Positions 39,514 through 49,216 of a stretch of 64,000 nt of DNA are shown here, in pieces. Under the pieces are notes generated by a model. The model ran no database searches. It was not told the DNA's origin and saw only the letters and a program-made list of their open reading frames with translations. The DNA is from Bacilli bacterium (GTDB lineage Bacteria; Bacillota_I; Bacilli_A; RFN20; CAG-826). The DNA is taken from the NCBI GenBank assembly GCA_900767605.1, contig CAAFZT010000048.1, positions 31,934 through 95,933 of the forward strand. Direction: 5' to 3'. Position 1 is the stretch's first letter. Every line of letters begins with the position of its first letter. The position numbers and the translations under genes are program-made.

Positions 39514-40479
39514 TTATTTAGCCACGTCGAATCCCAATGCGCCGGCCCCGTAGATTCCCATGTCCGCGCCAAGCTGAGAAATGAGGATATCGACCTTCGG
39601 AACCAAACCCGTTCCAAATCCATATCCGCGATCTTCTAGATATTGGGCCAAAGGACGTCGCAAATTCTCGCCTTGCTTGGAGACGCCACCGGCTAGGATG
39701 ATTGCTTCCGGACGGAAGATATTGGCAAAATTCAAGCAGCCTTCGCCTAAATAATGGATGTAGGTATCTAAGACTTTCTGCGCGACGGCATCTCCTTTTT
39801 TCGCCGCCTCAAAAGGCAACGCTCCACCGACTTGGTTCATGTCGGGGCAAAGCCGCCACATCAAGGATTCGGGATGCTTTTCCATCGCTTCTTTGGTCAT
39901 GCGAAGCAAGGCGGTCGCGGAAGCATAGCTTTCTAAGCACCCTTTTCTTCCACAGGTGCAGGGGATGCCGTTATCCACAATCACCATGTGACCTAGTTCG
40001 GCTCCTTTTCCTTGATTGCCCACGTAGAGATGGTCATCGAGGTATAAACCGCCGCCGATGCCGGTGCCAATGGTGATGAGGACTGCGTTATGGTAACGCT
40101 TCGCGCATCCAAATTTGATTTCTCCTAGCATCGCGGCGTTCGCATCGTTATCGATTTTAACGGGATAGCCAAGGGCTTTTTCTAATAAGGAAGCAACCGG
40201 TAAATTTCTCCAACCGAGGTTATTGGAATAATCGCAAAAACCCGTGAAGGTATTGATGGCCCCGGGGACGCCGCAACCAATTCCCACCAATTGATCGCCT
40301 TCTGGCAAATTCGCAATCGCGACTTTGCAAGCGTCGATCAAACGGTTCATCGTGACGTATTGGTCTTCTCCCTTTGGGACGGGGAGGACGAATTTCTGAC
40401 GGATGGTCCCCTCTTCATCCATAAAGGCGGATTTGATGGACATGCCACCGATATCAATACCAAGTGCTACTTTTCTCAT
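39514..40479 (-). CDS. ROK-family glucokinase
   Basis: GIDIGGMS is at the N-terminus. The ROK zinc motif CTCGRKGCLE is present. Confidence 0.8.
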   Translation of the reverse strand: MRKVALGIDIGGMSIKSAFMDEEGTIRQKFVLPVPKGEDQYVTMNRLIDACKVAIANLPEGDQLVGIGCGVPGAINTFTGFCDYSNNLGWRNLPVASLLEKALGYPVKIDNDANAAMLGEIKFGCAKRYHNAVLITIGTGIGGGLYLDDHLYVGNQGKGAELGHMVIVDNGIPCTCGRKGCLESYASATALLRMTKEAMEKHPESLMWRLCPDMNQVGGALPFEAAKKGDAVAQKVLDTYIHYLGEGCLNFANIFRPEAIILAGGVSKQGENLRRPLAQYLEDRGYGFGTGLVPKVDILISQLGADMGIYGAGALGFDVAK

Positions 40480-40595
40480 GCGTTGCTCCTATTCGCCTAT
40501 AACATAGGGTTTTTTAATGGGCTTGAAAAGAAGGAAAAACAAATCGAGCAAAAAGAAACAAATTTAAGCAACAAATCAAAGGATAGGCCACTGGA

Positions 40596-42608
40596 TTATT
40601 CTTCTAAAAGCAGGGTTAACGTGGAAAGATAACCAAGCTTTTCGTGGAGATGAAGCGTCTCGCCTTTTGATTCGTAATGGGCTTCTCTCCAATTTCCATC
40701 GTGGTCCAAGACCGCAACTTTCTTGGGGCTGATCCCCTTAAGGCTAATTTCAAAGGAAGGGAAGTCGTTATAATTCGCATTGCTTAAAAAGAGGGCATAC
40801 GTATGTTCGTTCTGCGCGTATAAATAAGGATAAACGGCATCGTGATGAACATAGGCTAGAGGGGTGGAGACGCGGGATAAGAAGTGCTGCTCCATCATCT
40901 TACGGCGCAATTCCACAAAATAGTCTGTGGACCCCGTTCCTTCTAAAACGTAAGGATAGACGAAGAAGTTCGTTCCGATGGCAATCCCGTTTCCCGTCCG
41001 TTTCATAAACGGATCATAGAGGCCTGTAGGGATTTGAATTCCGTCTTCGTATTCGATTTTGACGTAATCTCCCGCGCGACGTTGGCTGGAAGCTCGATAA
41101 TGGTGCATGCCATGAAGCGTTCCTTGTTCTAACATTTCAAAGCAGTCGTACATATGGGCTTGGCCACGGAAGGTGGCTTCTTTGCCATGAATTAAAGACA
41201 ACAACCCCCGGTCCTGCAAAGCCAATACGGCCCCGCCATCTAAATAGATAAAGTTATGGGCGAATAGATCGCGAAGCTCTTCGTCGGAGAAGTTATAAAC
41301 ATTTTGATTGATAAGAGCGACGACTTGATTCTCAAATTTCTTTTCTTTGCTGCAAACGTAGGAATACCCTAGCGAAGAGAGATATCCAATCGCATCAAAA
41401 TCATCGGGGATGAGATTTAAGAAACCCTGTTTTTTACGGTGATAGACGGTCTTTTCGTCGATGGGGAAAACAATGCCCCGCATCTTGGAAGGTTTTAAAT
41501 CCAAATCTTTAACCGCGTTGAGGTAAGGGTTAAGCCCTTGAATGACCGGGCCGTAACCTAGTTCTTCCTGGCAACCATTCCCCGCGCATTGGAAGATGTT
41601 ATAGGTCATTCCCTGAATGCCGACGGGCAACGCCCCTTCGAGTTGGAAGGAAAGGAATTTGGGGTCTTTGACAAAATCGCTATAGGAACTGTTTTCGAGT
41701 TCGGGATAGATATTGCAGTCGTCTCCTAGGAAGGAACGATTCACCATCGTGATGCGGTTGAAATCAAAATAATAGGATTTGGCTCCCATTTCGCGATAGG
41801 CGGGGAGGTGCAAACGATCGATTTTATGGCCGTCATAACAAAGGTCTTCGTGAAGCTGGATCCAGTTTCTTGCCTCCATCGCATGCTGGAAAGGCGTGCT
41901 GCTCATCAGCCCAATGGAAGTAGGAATGTGGAGGTCTTTCACCGTTTTGGCAATGTCTTTGGCTAAGCCGTCCATCGTTTCCCAAGAAACGTCCAACCAG
42001 ACTTTTCGTTCTGGGCTGGGGTCTTTTTCTTCGAGGCGAGAGACAAATTCCTCACGGGTTTCCTTTTTTCCAAGGGCTTTGGCAAAAGCTTCCATATGAT
42101 GGGGGCACCAGCAGCCGCCCCAAGAAAGGGGATCGTGGTTATGAAGGCGGAAATCGTCTTCGATCCAAAGCACTTCGGGTTCGACTTCTTGGACATAGAA
42201 AGCCATCAAATTTAGATAGTAAGACTTCCATTCTTCATCCAAAGGGCAGGCGGTTAAGGTGCAAGTATTTCCAAAGCGGTCTACCATGGTTTGGAAATGC
42301 TGCCCCGGTTGAAGAGTGCGTCCCCGGTCAACATGCCCGAGTTCAAACCATGGATTCAAAGAAGTGCTGATGCCTTTTTTGGCAAATTCTTTTTTGGCTT
42401 TTTTGATGACTTCAAGCCAAGGCAGCAGCTGTTCTTTGGTAATATGTCCGACGTTATATTCCTCCCCATTAAAGAAGAGGATGACGTTTTGGATGCCATA
42501 TTTTTCGCACCACGAGGCGGTTTGGGCGATGCGTTCTTCCGCGTATTGGTCGGGGTAAATTTGAGCCCGCAAACAATGGAGGAAGGGTTTCTTTTCGTTG
42601 GGATTCAT
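40596..42608 (-). CDS. hypothetical protein (670 aa), possibly a glycoside hydrolase or phosphorylase-like enzyme
   Basis: An AAGGAG ribosome-binding site is present. It is a large cytoplasmic protein with no recognisable motif. It is co-oriented 14 bp downstream of an SGNH esterase and next to a ROK kinase. Confidence 0.45.
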   Translation of the reverse strand: MNPNEKKPFLHCLRAQIYPDQYAEERIAQTASWCEKYGIQNVILFFNGEEYNVGHITKEQLLPWLEVIKKAKKEFAKKGISTSLNPWFELGHVDRGRTLQPGQHFQTMVDRFGNTCTLTACPLDEEWKSYYLNLMAFYVQEVEPEVLWIEDDFRLHNHDPLSWGGCWCPHHMEAFAKALGKKETREEFVSRLEEKDPSPERKVWLDVSWETMDGLAKDIAKTVKDLHIPTSIGLMSSTPFQHAMEARNWIQLHEDLCYDGHKIDRLHLPAYREMGAKSYYFDFNRITMVNRSFLGDDCNIYPELENSSYSDFVKDPKFLSFQLEGALPVGIQGMTYNIFQCAGNGCQEELGYGPVIQGLNPYLNAVKDLDLKPSKMRGIVFPIDEKTVYHRKKQGFLNLIPDDFDAIGYLSSLGYSYVCSKEKKFENQVVALINQNVYNFSDEELRDLFAHNFIYLDGGAVLALQDRGLLSLIHGKEATFRGQAHMYDCFEMLEQGTLHGMHHYRASSQRRAGDYVKIEYEDGIQIPTGLYDPFMKRTGNGIAIGTNFFVYPYVLEGTGSTDYFVELRRKMMEQHFLSRVSTPLAYVHHDAVYPYLYAQNEHTYALFLSNANYNDFPSFEISLKGISPKKVAVLDHDGNWREAHYESKGETLHLHEKLGYLSTLTLLLEE

Positions 42609-42622
42609 GGCTCTATTTCTCC

Positions 42623-43267
42623 TTAATGGGCGAGGCCCTTCTTTTGAAGGTAACGATATAATTCATCGGCAATGGCTTCATGCCCTTTGTCATTTGGATG
42701 AAGCCCGTCTTTATAGAATTCGCTAGGCCCTTGTTTGGGATGATTGGGCAACGCGCTTAATTTCAAGGTATCGAAGTGGTAGGAGGATAAAACGTCCCGC
42801 ATGACTTCGCGATATCCTTCTAACGTGGGAAAATTCCCCCAGTTTTTGACTCCGTTATTATTCGGGAAGTCCTGACTATAACGGGGGGTTGGCAAAATAA
42901 AGCAGACCTTATCTTTTCCGTATTTTTCTAAGAGGATGTCGCAAAGTTGCTTCATCGCCCCGTAGAAAGTGAAAGGGGTATCGTCTCCTTTTTGACCGAT
43001 GGGGGCGTCCCCATGTCCGAAGTCATTGGTTCCCCCAAAAACAAAGACGAAGTCGGCTTTAGGATCCATCCAACGGGTGCGGATAATAAAATCCTCGTCC
43101 GGAACATCACCATAATGGACCCTTTGACGGGCAATGCGGGTGCCACTTAGGCCGTAATTCTCTTCGATGGCGCCGACTTTTCGGCATAAAACCGAGCTAA
43201 ATCGATTTTCACGAGAGGTCGCACCGACCCCTTCCGTGATGGAATCTCCCAAAAATGAAATGATCAT
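42623..43267 (-). CDS. SGNH/GDSL-family hydrolase
   Basis: The start was chosen at the ATG of MIISFLGDSITEG. The track ORF would start at a TTG 18 codons upstream. Neither start has a strong ribosome-binding site. Confidence 0.65.
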   Translation of the reverse strand: MIISFLGDSITEGVGATSRENRFSSVLCRKVGAIEENYGLSGTRIARQRVHYGDVPDEDFIIRTRWMDPKADFVFVFGGTNDFGHGDAPIGQKGDDTPFTFYGAMKQLCDILLEKYGKDKVCFILPTPRYSQDFPNNNGVKNWGNFPTLEGYREVMRDVLSSYHFDTLKLSALPNHPKQGPSEFYKDGLHPNDKGHEAIADELYRYLQKKGLAH

Positions 43268-43427
43268 ATTCACGTTGTCGCTTATGGCTAGATTTTGCCA
43301 TCTTTCTTTCTTTTTCTTCAAGGCGTCGCCTGTAAGCGGAATAAAACAAGAAAAATAATGGGAAGAAAAAAGAAGAATTGAGATTGAAAGACTGCGATAA
43401 AATAGAGTAAAGAAAGAAGGGGCGTGT

Positions 43428-44258
43428 ATGGAACCGATTCACTTAACCACTCATTATTCGTTTTTGCAAGGCGGGGAATTAACCCCTTTTTGCCTTCCTT
43501 ATTGTTTTGACGGGGATAGCACTCCTCTCGTTCGTCCTGCCGTTATCGTCGTTCCGGGAGGAGCCTATGCGATGGTGAGCAAGCGGGAAGGGTTTAGCGT
43601 GGCCGCCTCCTTCCTGGCCTTAGGGTTCCAAACTTTTGTCTTAACCTATAAAACCGTTAGCGACGGGGTCCATTATCCAGAAGAGTCCTTAGAGCTTGCT
43701 TGCGCGGTGGATTATCTCAAGAAGCACGCTTCTAGCTATTTTGTAAATCCTGATGAAATTTTCGCGATTGGATTTTCCGCCGGGGGACACCTTGTAGGCA
43801 CTTTGGCCCAAAAGGCGAAAGATTGGAAGAAAGAATATTCCTTAAACCCCATTCTTCGTGGCATTGGATTAATCTATCCCGTTATTATGAGTCAAAGGAC
43901 CAATGCGGGCACGATCGATAACTTATTGCAGGGAATCGAAGAAAGCAAAAAAGAAGAGCTTCGGAAAGAATTGTCCCTAGAGAATCACATCCAAAAAGAT
44001 AATCCTCCCGCTTTTATTTGCTTGACCGCGACCGACCAATCCGTGCCCTGTGAACACGGAATATCCTATGCCTTGGCCTGCGCTAAAGCCGGGGTCCCCG
44101 TCGAACTCCATCTTTATCCTAAAGGACCCCATGGATTATCGGATGGTTCCAAAGAAATCACCTCCATGTACCCCGCGGATTGCTATGACCCCCGCTTCAA
44201 AAGATGGAAGGAAGATTGTGCGTCCTTCTTCCGGAGTTTCTGCAAGGAGGAATTTTAA
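43428..44258 (+). CDS. alpha/beta-hydrolase-fold esterase
   Basis: The GxSxG motif is GFSAGGH. The oxyanion region is VVPGGAY. Confidence 0.75.
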   Translation: MEPIHLTTHYSFLQGGELTPFCLPYCFDGDSTPLVRPAVIVVPGGAYAMVSKREGFSVAASFLALGFQTFVLTYKTVSDGVHYPEESLELACAVDYLKKHASSYFVNPDEIFAIGFSAGGHLVGTLAQKAKDWKKEYSLNPILRGIGLIYPVIMSQRTNAGTIDNLLQGIEESKKEELRKELSLENHIQKDNPPAFICLTATDQSVPCEHGISYALACAKAGVPVELHLYPKGPHGLSDGSKEITSMYPADCYDPRFKRWKEDCASFFRSFCKEEF

Positions 44259-44755
44259 TGTTAGAAGCCATTTCCAAAAGACGGTCGATCCGTCATTACG
44301 AAAATCGCCCCGTCGAGGAAGAAAAGATTCAAGAAATCCTCCGTGCGGCGATGACTTCCCCCAGTGCGATGAATCAAAGACCCTGGGAATTTTACGTGAT
44401 TCGCGATTCGGAATTATTAAAGAAACTAGGGGAAGTGACCCCTTATTCTAAGCCGATTGGAGAAGCTCCCATTGGCATTGCCATGATGGTTCGTCGGGAT
44501 TCCCTTTGCCCCGCCTATCAAGATATTGATTGCGGAATTGCCAGCGAAAATTTGATGTTAGAAGCAACCTCCCAGGGACTAGGGTCGGTCATGCTAGGCA
44601 TCGCCCCAAAAGAAGAACGCGAAAAAGCGGTGGAAGCTTTGTTAGACGCTCCCAAAGAATTGCGGGCCTTTGCCCTCTTTGCGATTGGCTATCCCGCTTA
44701 TGACCCAAAACCACGCGAGACTTTTGAACTAGACCGTGTGCATTTCATTGGTTAA
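44258..44755 (+). CDS. nitroreductase-family protein
   Basis: The start was reassigned to MLEAISKRRSIRHY (TAATG overlap). The nitroreductase N-terminal signature is present. Confidence 0.75.
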   Translation: MLEAISKRRSIRHYENRPVEEEKIQEILRAAMTSPSAMNQRPWEFYVIRDSELLKKLGEVTPYSKPIGEAPIGIAMMVRRDSLCPAYQDIDCGIASENLMLEATSQGLGSVMLGIAPKEEREKAVEALLDAPKELRAFALFAIGYPAYDPKPRETFELDRVHFIG

Positions 44756-46152
44756 TGACAGGATTTTTGAGAAGACGATTTCTTTTTGAGATAATACCCC
44801 CCTGTTTTCGGGGCGCCTTTGAACTCGACGTAATGGGCTAATTTTCGCTTAATTGTGTTCTTAACGATATCCAAGGTGACTGCCTCGTTTTCTTTTTTAG
44901 CTTTTTCTAATAATTTGTTCGCATTCAACCCGGGGTTGGAGGAGATGGTTCTAAGCAAAGAGGTTTCGGTCTCCCCCAAGTGATCGTCTTTGAAATAATG
45001 TCCCGAATCCAAGTCGGTGTTTACTGGGTCATTTACTGGGTCATTTACTGGGTCAGCTTTATTTTCCCGGTAGTTTAAGTTCGGAAGGGTAAGGAGAAAG
45101 AAGTTATCGCTTGGGTCGAAAATAGGTTGTTTCTTGGCTCCGCGATAGGCTTCCAAAATACGGGGAATCCCCGTTCCGAAATTTTCAATATAATGCAGTT
45201 TGTTAAGAATGTTAACGAGCCCGGGATTCCGGTAGGTTTGCACCCCTTCCATAATTTGTTTCAGCGTGGCTTGAAAGATCCCCCCGGGGTTTGTGATTTT
45301 AACCCGATCCTCAAAAAACTCGACTTTAATGTTGGAACGGATGAAGTAGTTGCTGTGACAAAACGCATTCAAAATCCCTTCTCGCAAGGAGGCTCCGGGG
45401 TAGGAAACGGTTTCGATTCGCTGCCAGGAGTCGCGACTGATCACCGCGGATACATCGTTATAGTTGGCGGCGTTCTCCAATACGTTATTTAGGACTTTTA
45501 GCAAGGAACCGCCATATTCCTTTTTGGTCGTGAAGTTTAAATTTTTATCGTATTTTGCAAATTTGACGACGATGGGGGATTGATCCGACATCATTAAGGC
45601 CAAATTGGTGTATTCGCCGAATTTATTGATCATGCGGAAGGAACAAAGATTCCTTTTTTTGTGGGGGATCTGATTCTCCTCGCAAAGTTCGTCAAAATAA
45701 TGAAAGGTGAGTTCCTGCTCCTCTGAAACATCTTCTTCGTAGCTATATTTCCTTGAATCAAGAAGCATCAAAAGGATTTCACTTTCACTCGCCATGCGCG
45801 AGGTCGTTCCAACTCGAAGGTAGATGCCGCTCGGTTTTGGCCCCTTTTCTTTTATATAGTAAGGCTTATCCAATCCGGGATTCACCTCAATGACGAAAAC
45901 CCCATCTTCTTGAAAATGAAAACGGACGAGACTCGAAACGCTAGGATAAAAAACGTCACTGACCCAATTGGCCAATTTGGTATCTAAAAAATCCTTTTCT
46001 TCGCGGCTCAAAGGAGACTCTAATTCGCCGTTGTCCTTCACACCGACATAAATCGTTCCACCGTTGGAATTTAAAAAAGCGACGATTTCCTTTTTAACAT
46101 CATCGGTTAATTTTTGCTTGAGTTCCACGCGTTCACTTTCGACGTATTCCAT
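44752..46152 (-). CDS. AlbA_2 / Schlafen-like DNA-binding domain protein with a C-terminal HTH-like region
   Basis: It is 466 aa with a GGAGGG ribosome-binding site. It encodes a DPVN x3 repeat. Confidence 0.6.
   Translation of the reverse strand: MEYVESERVELKQKLTDDVKKEIVAFLNSNGGTIYVGVKDNGELESPLSREEKDFLDTKLANWVSDVFYPSVSSLVRFHFQEDGVFVIEVNPGLDKPYYIKEKGPKPSGIYLRVGTTSRMASESEILLMLLDSRKYSYEEDVSEEQELTFHYFDELCEENQIPHKKRNLCSFRMINKFGEYTNLALMMSDQSPIVVKFAKYDKNLNFTTKKEYGGSLLKVLNNVLENAANYNDVSAVISRDSWQRIETVSYPGASLREGILNAFCHSNYFIRSNIKVEFFEDRVKITNPGGIFQATLKQIMEGVQTYRNPGLVNILNKLHYIENFGTGIPRILEAYRGAKKQPIFDPSDNFFLLTLPNLNYRENKADPVNDPVNDPVNTDLDSGHYFKDDHLGETETSLLRTISSNPGLNANKLLEKAKKENEAVTLDIVKNTIKRKLAHYVEFKGAPKTGGYYLKKKSSSQKSCH
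45019..45054. repeat. 12-bp tandem repeat x3 inside the CDS, (G/A)TTTACTGGGTC
   Basis: It encodes DPVNDPVNDPVN on the minus strand. A fourth copy, gtttactgggtca, sits at 46165-46177 in the 5' UTR. Confidence 0.8.
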
Positions 46153-46271
46153 AAAGGGCCCTCCGTTTACTGGGTCAACTATAAAGCTATTATAATTAGA
46201 AAGACCAAGTAAACAATAGGGGTGACTTCATCTTTTGTCATTTTGATCTTAAAAATCATCTTCCTTGCAAC

Positions 46272-46288
46272 ATACCCTATTGGGGTAT
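46272..46288. promoter_or_regulatory. candidate CsoR operator, ATACCCtattGGGGTAT
   Basis: The GC-rich pseudo-palindrome resembles the B. subtilis copZA operator. It is 28 bp upstream of the csoR start. Confidence 0.5.
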
Positions 46289-46315
46289 ATTGTTTGGACG
46301 TTAAGGGAGCGATTT

Positions 46316-46612
46316 ATGGAACATGAATGCTGCTATAAAAAGAAACACACCCCTCGGGATGAAAAGGACAAGAAAGCCATCATCTCCCGACTCCACCGCG
46401 TTGCTGGCCAATTAAATGGCATCTGCGGCATGATTGAAGGGGATCGTTATTGTGGGGATGTCCTCGTTCAGGTGAGTGCTGCCGAACATGCGCTTCAAAG
46501 CATCGCTTATCTCTTATTAGAAGAACATCTTTCTTCCTGCGTCGCCGATGACATCAAAAATGGGAAGATGGAAGTGATTCCTGAGACGATGGAAATCATT
46601 AAGAAAATCTAG
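46316..46612 (+). CDS. csoR: CsoR/RcnR-family metal-sensing repressor
   Basis: The start was reassigned to MEHECC (AAGGGAG ribosome-binding site). It is 98 aa with conserved Cys/His (C..H..C) residues. Confidence 0.8.
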   Translation: MEHECCYKKKHTPRDEKDKKAIISRLHRVAGQLNGICGMIEGDRYCGDVLVQVSAAEHALQSIAYLLLEEHLSSCVADDIKNGKMEVIPETMEIIKKI

Positions 46613-46623
46613 AGGCCTTTTAA

Positions 46624-49215
46624 ATGGAAGAAGAAAAATTTGATATCACGGGCATGAGCTGTGCTGCCTGCTCCGCCCATGTCCATAAAGCCGTCTCCGC
46701 CTTAAAGGGAGTCCGCGAAGTTAGCGTCAACCTTTTGACGAATTCCATGACCCTGCAAAAAGAAGAAGGGGTGGAGGATAGCCAAATCGTGGAAGCGGTA
46801 GAAAAGGCGGGATATGGAGCTAAACGCGTTGGCTCTCAAGATGCGCCCTCCCCTAAAAAGAGCCTAAAAGAAAACAAGGAAACCAAGCGATTGCTGATTC
46901 GCTTCCTTGCTAGCTTCGTCTTGCTTGTTCCCCTGTTTTATTTTGCCATGGGTTCCATGATGGGGTGGAATATAGGCGTTTTCGGCGAGAATTATTTTTA
47001 TCTTGGCTTGCTGGAGATGCTTCTATCCGCGGTGATTATGCTGATCAACCGCGCCTTCTTTGTCTCGGGGTTTAAGAGCTTGATTCACGGGGGCCCCAAC
47101 ATGGACACCCTTGTTTCCTTAGGGTCAGGGGTCGCCTTTATCTATGGAGTAGTCATGATGTTTGTCATGGCTTCCTATCTCCAACAAGGGAGCAACCCCG
47201 TGGACTGGGATGGAGTCATGAAAGCAGGAATGAACCTCACCTTTGAAACTTCGGGGATGGTTCCTTGCCTTATTACCATTGGCAAATTCCTAGAATCCTA
47301 TTCCAAGGGAAAAACAACGAATGCGATTCGTTCGTTATTGGAACTCGCTCCCCAAACGGCCCACGTTCTTCGTAATGGACAGGAAGAGACGATTCCTGCC
47401 GATCAACTTGTTTTAGGTGACCGTTTCGTAGTTCGCCCTGGGGAAGCTTTCCCCGCGGATGGCACGATTTTAGAAGGGCAATCAAGCGTCGATGAATCCG
47501 CCTTAAGTGGAGAAGCGATGCCCGTAGATAAAAAAGAAGGGGATTTTGTATCCGCGTCTACGATCAATCAAAATGGAGCATTGGTATGCCTAGCCAAACG
47601 CGTGGGTAAAGACACGACCTTAAGCCAAATCGTGGATATGGTGGAAAATGCCGCGTCGAGCAAAACCAAGATTTCTCTTCTTGCCGATAAGGTATCGGGT
47701 ATTTTCGTCCCGACGGTACTAGGGATTGCCGCGCTTACGTTCCTCGGCTGGCTTCTTTTTGGCAAGAATTTCGTCTCCGGTTTAGCCTATGAAACCCCAT
47801 TAAGCTATGCCCTCTCCCGCGCGATTTCGGTTCTCGTTGTCGCTTGCCCGTGCGCGCTAGGATTAGCCACCCCGGTTGCTATTATGGTAGGAAGTGGCAA
47901 AGGAGCCAAAAACGGCATCCTCTTTAAAAATGCATCTTCGTTAGAAGAAACGGGTAAGGCTTCCTTTGTGGTGCTCGATAAAACGGGCACGATTACGCAG
48001 GGAAAACCGAGCGTCGTCGAAGTGCTTCCTGCCTCCAATTTTAAAGAAGAGGAATTGATAAAACTTGCCTGCGCCTTGGAATCCCGTTCTGAACACCCCC
48101 TTGCCAAAGCCGTGAGGGAATATGGAAATAAGAAGATTGACCAAATTCCTTCTATCGAGGATTTCCTTGCTTTACCAGGGCATGGAATTCAAGGAAAGGT
48201 GGAGGGAGAAATTTGCTATGGGGCCAACTTATCTTTTTTCCTTGATCGGCCTTGGATGAATGCTTCGATTCAAGAAACGGCCAAAGCCCAGTCTCAAAAA
48301 GGGCGAACCCCCTTGTTATTTGAAAAAGGAGGGGAGTACGTAGGTCTTCTTTCGTTAGCGGATCCCATCAAAGAAGATTCCAAAGAAGCGATTGCTGCCT
48401 TAAAAAATCGCGGTTATATCCCCGTGATTTTAAGCGGAGACAACGCCTTATCCGTCGATGCATTAGCAAAAGAAGCTGGAATTCGTCATTATGCTTCCGA
48501 CTTATTGCCTCAAGATAAATTGAATTTCATCTCTAAACTCCAAGAAAAAGGAAAGGTCATCATGGTGGGGGATGGCATTAACGATGCCCCTGCCTTAACC
48601 CAAGCAGATATCGGGATTGCAATCGGAGCGGGAGCGGATATCGCGATTGATTCGGCAGATGTTGTGCTCATGAAAGGATCGTTGATGGATTTAGTCTATG
48701 CCTTGGATTTATCCCGTTACACGATGCTTAACATCAAGGAGAACCTCTTCTGGGCGTTCTTCTATAATCTATTGATGATTCCTATTGCCGCGGGGGTTTT
48801 CTCTGGGGTTGGATTAGCCAAGTTAAAACCTTGGTACGGGGCGGCCGCGATGGCGTTATCCTCTACTACGGTATGCCTCAACGCTTTACGGATCAACGCG
48901 TTCCATCTGAAAAAGAAGGGAAAACGCCACTTCTTGAAAGAAAAAGAACTCGAGGAATGGCTTAGCCATAACGAATTAAACAATCAAAACTTGAAGGAGG
49001 AAAATAAAATGGAAAAAAGAATTCAAGTCGAAGGAATGATGTGCGAGCACTGCGTTGCCCACGTTAAAAAAGCCTTAGAAGGGGTGAAGGGCGTAGAAAA
49101 AACCGAAGTGTCCCTTGCTAAAAAGGAAGCTGTCGTCATTTTAAAAGAAGCAGTATCGGACGAAACTCTAGTTCATGCGGTAGAAGAAGCTGGATATTCC
49201 GCCAAAATCGCCTAA
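46624..49215 (+). CDS. copA: copper-translocating P1B-type ATPase with N- and C-terminal HMA domains
   Basis: GMSCAACSAHV is at the N-terminus, CPC is in TM6, DKTGT and GDGIND are present, and a C-terminal HMA reads GMMCEHCVAHV. Confidence 0.9.
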   Translation: MEEEKFDITGMSCAACSAHVHKAVSALKGVREVSVNLLTNSMTLQKEEGVEDSQIVEAVEKAGYGAKRVGSQDAPSPKKSLKENKETKRLLIRFLASFVLLVPLFYFAMGSMMGWNIGVFGENYFYLGLLEMLLSAVIMLINRAFFVSGFKSLIHGGPNMDTLVSLGSGVAFIYGVVMMFVMASYLQQGSNPVDWDGVMKAGMNLTFETSGMVPCLITIGKFLESYSKGKTTNAIRSLLELAPQTAHVLRNGQEETIPADQLVLGDRFVVRPGEAFPADGTILEGQSSVDESALSGEAMPVDKKEGDFVSASTINQNGALVCLAKRVGKDTTLSQIVDMVENAASSKTKISLLADKVSGIFVPTVLGIAALTFLGWLLFGKNFVSGLAYETPLSYALSRAISVLVVACPCALGLATPVAIMVGSGKGAKNGILFKNASSLEETGKASFVVLDKTGTITQGKPSVVEVLPASNFKEEELIKLACALESRSEHPLAKAVREYGNKKIDQIPSIEDFLALPGHGIQGKVEGEICYGANLSFFLDRPWMNASIQETAKAQSQKGRTPLLFEKGGEYVGLLSLADPIKEDSKEAIAALKNRGYIPVILSGDNALSVDALAKEAGIRHYASDLLPQDKLNFISKLQEKGKVIMVGDGINDAPALTQADIGIAIGAGADIAIDSADVVLMKGSLMDLVYALDLSRYTMLNIKENLFWAFFYNLLMIPIAAGVFSGVGLAKLKPWYGAAAMALSSTTVCLNALRINAFHLKKKGKRHFLKEKELEEWLSHNELNNQNLKEENKMEKRIQVEGMMCEHCVAHVKKALEGVKGVEKTEVSLAKKEAVVILKEAVSDETLVHAVEEAGYSAKIA

Positions 49216-49216
49216 A

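Noticed and set aside
40596-42608. Assignment of the 670-aa protein as the GH112 lacto-N-biose phosphorylase partner of NahK
   Set aside because: My recollection of GH112 sequences shows no similarity, so I left it as hypothetical.
43268-43321. An upstream TTG start for the second SGNH hydrolase (MKKKKERW…)
   Set aside because: The ATG just before the GDS block is more typical of the family. Neither start has a good ribosome-binding site, so the upstream one is kept only as an alternative.
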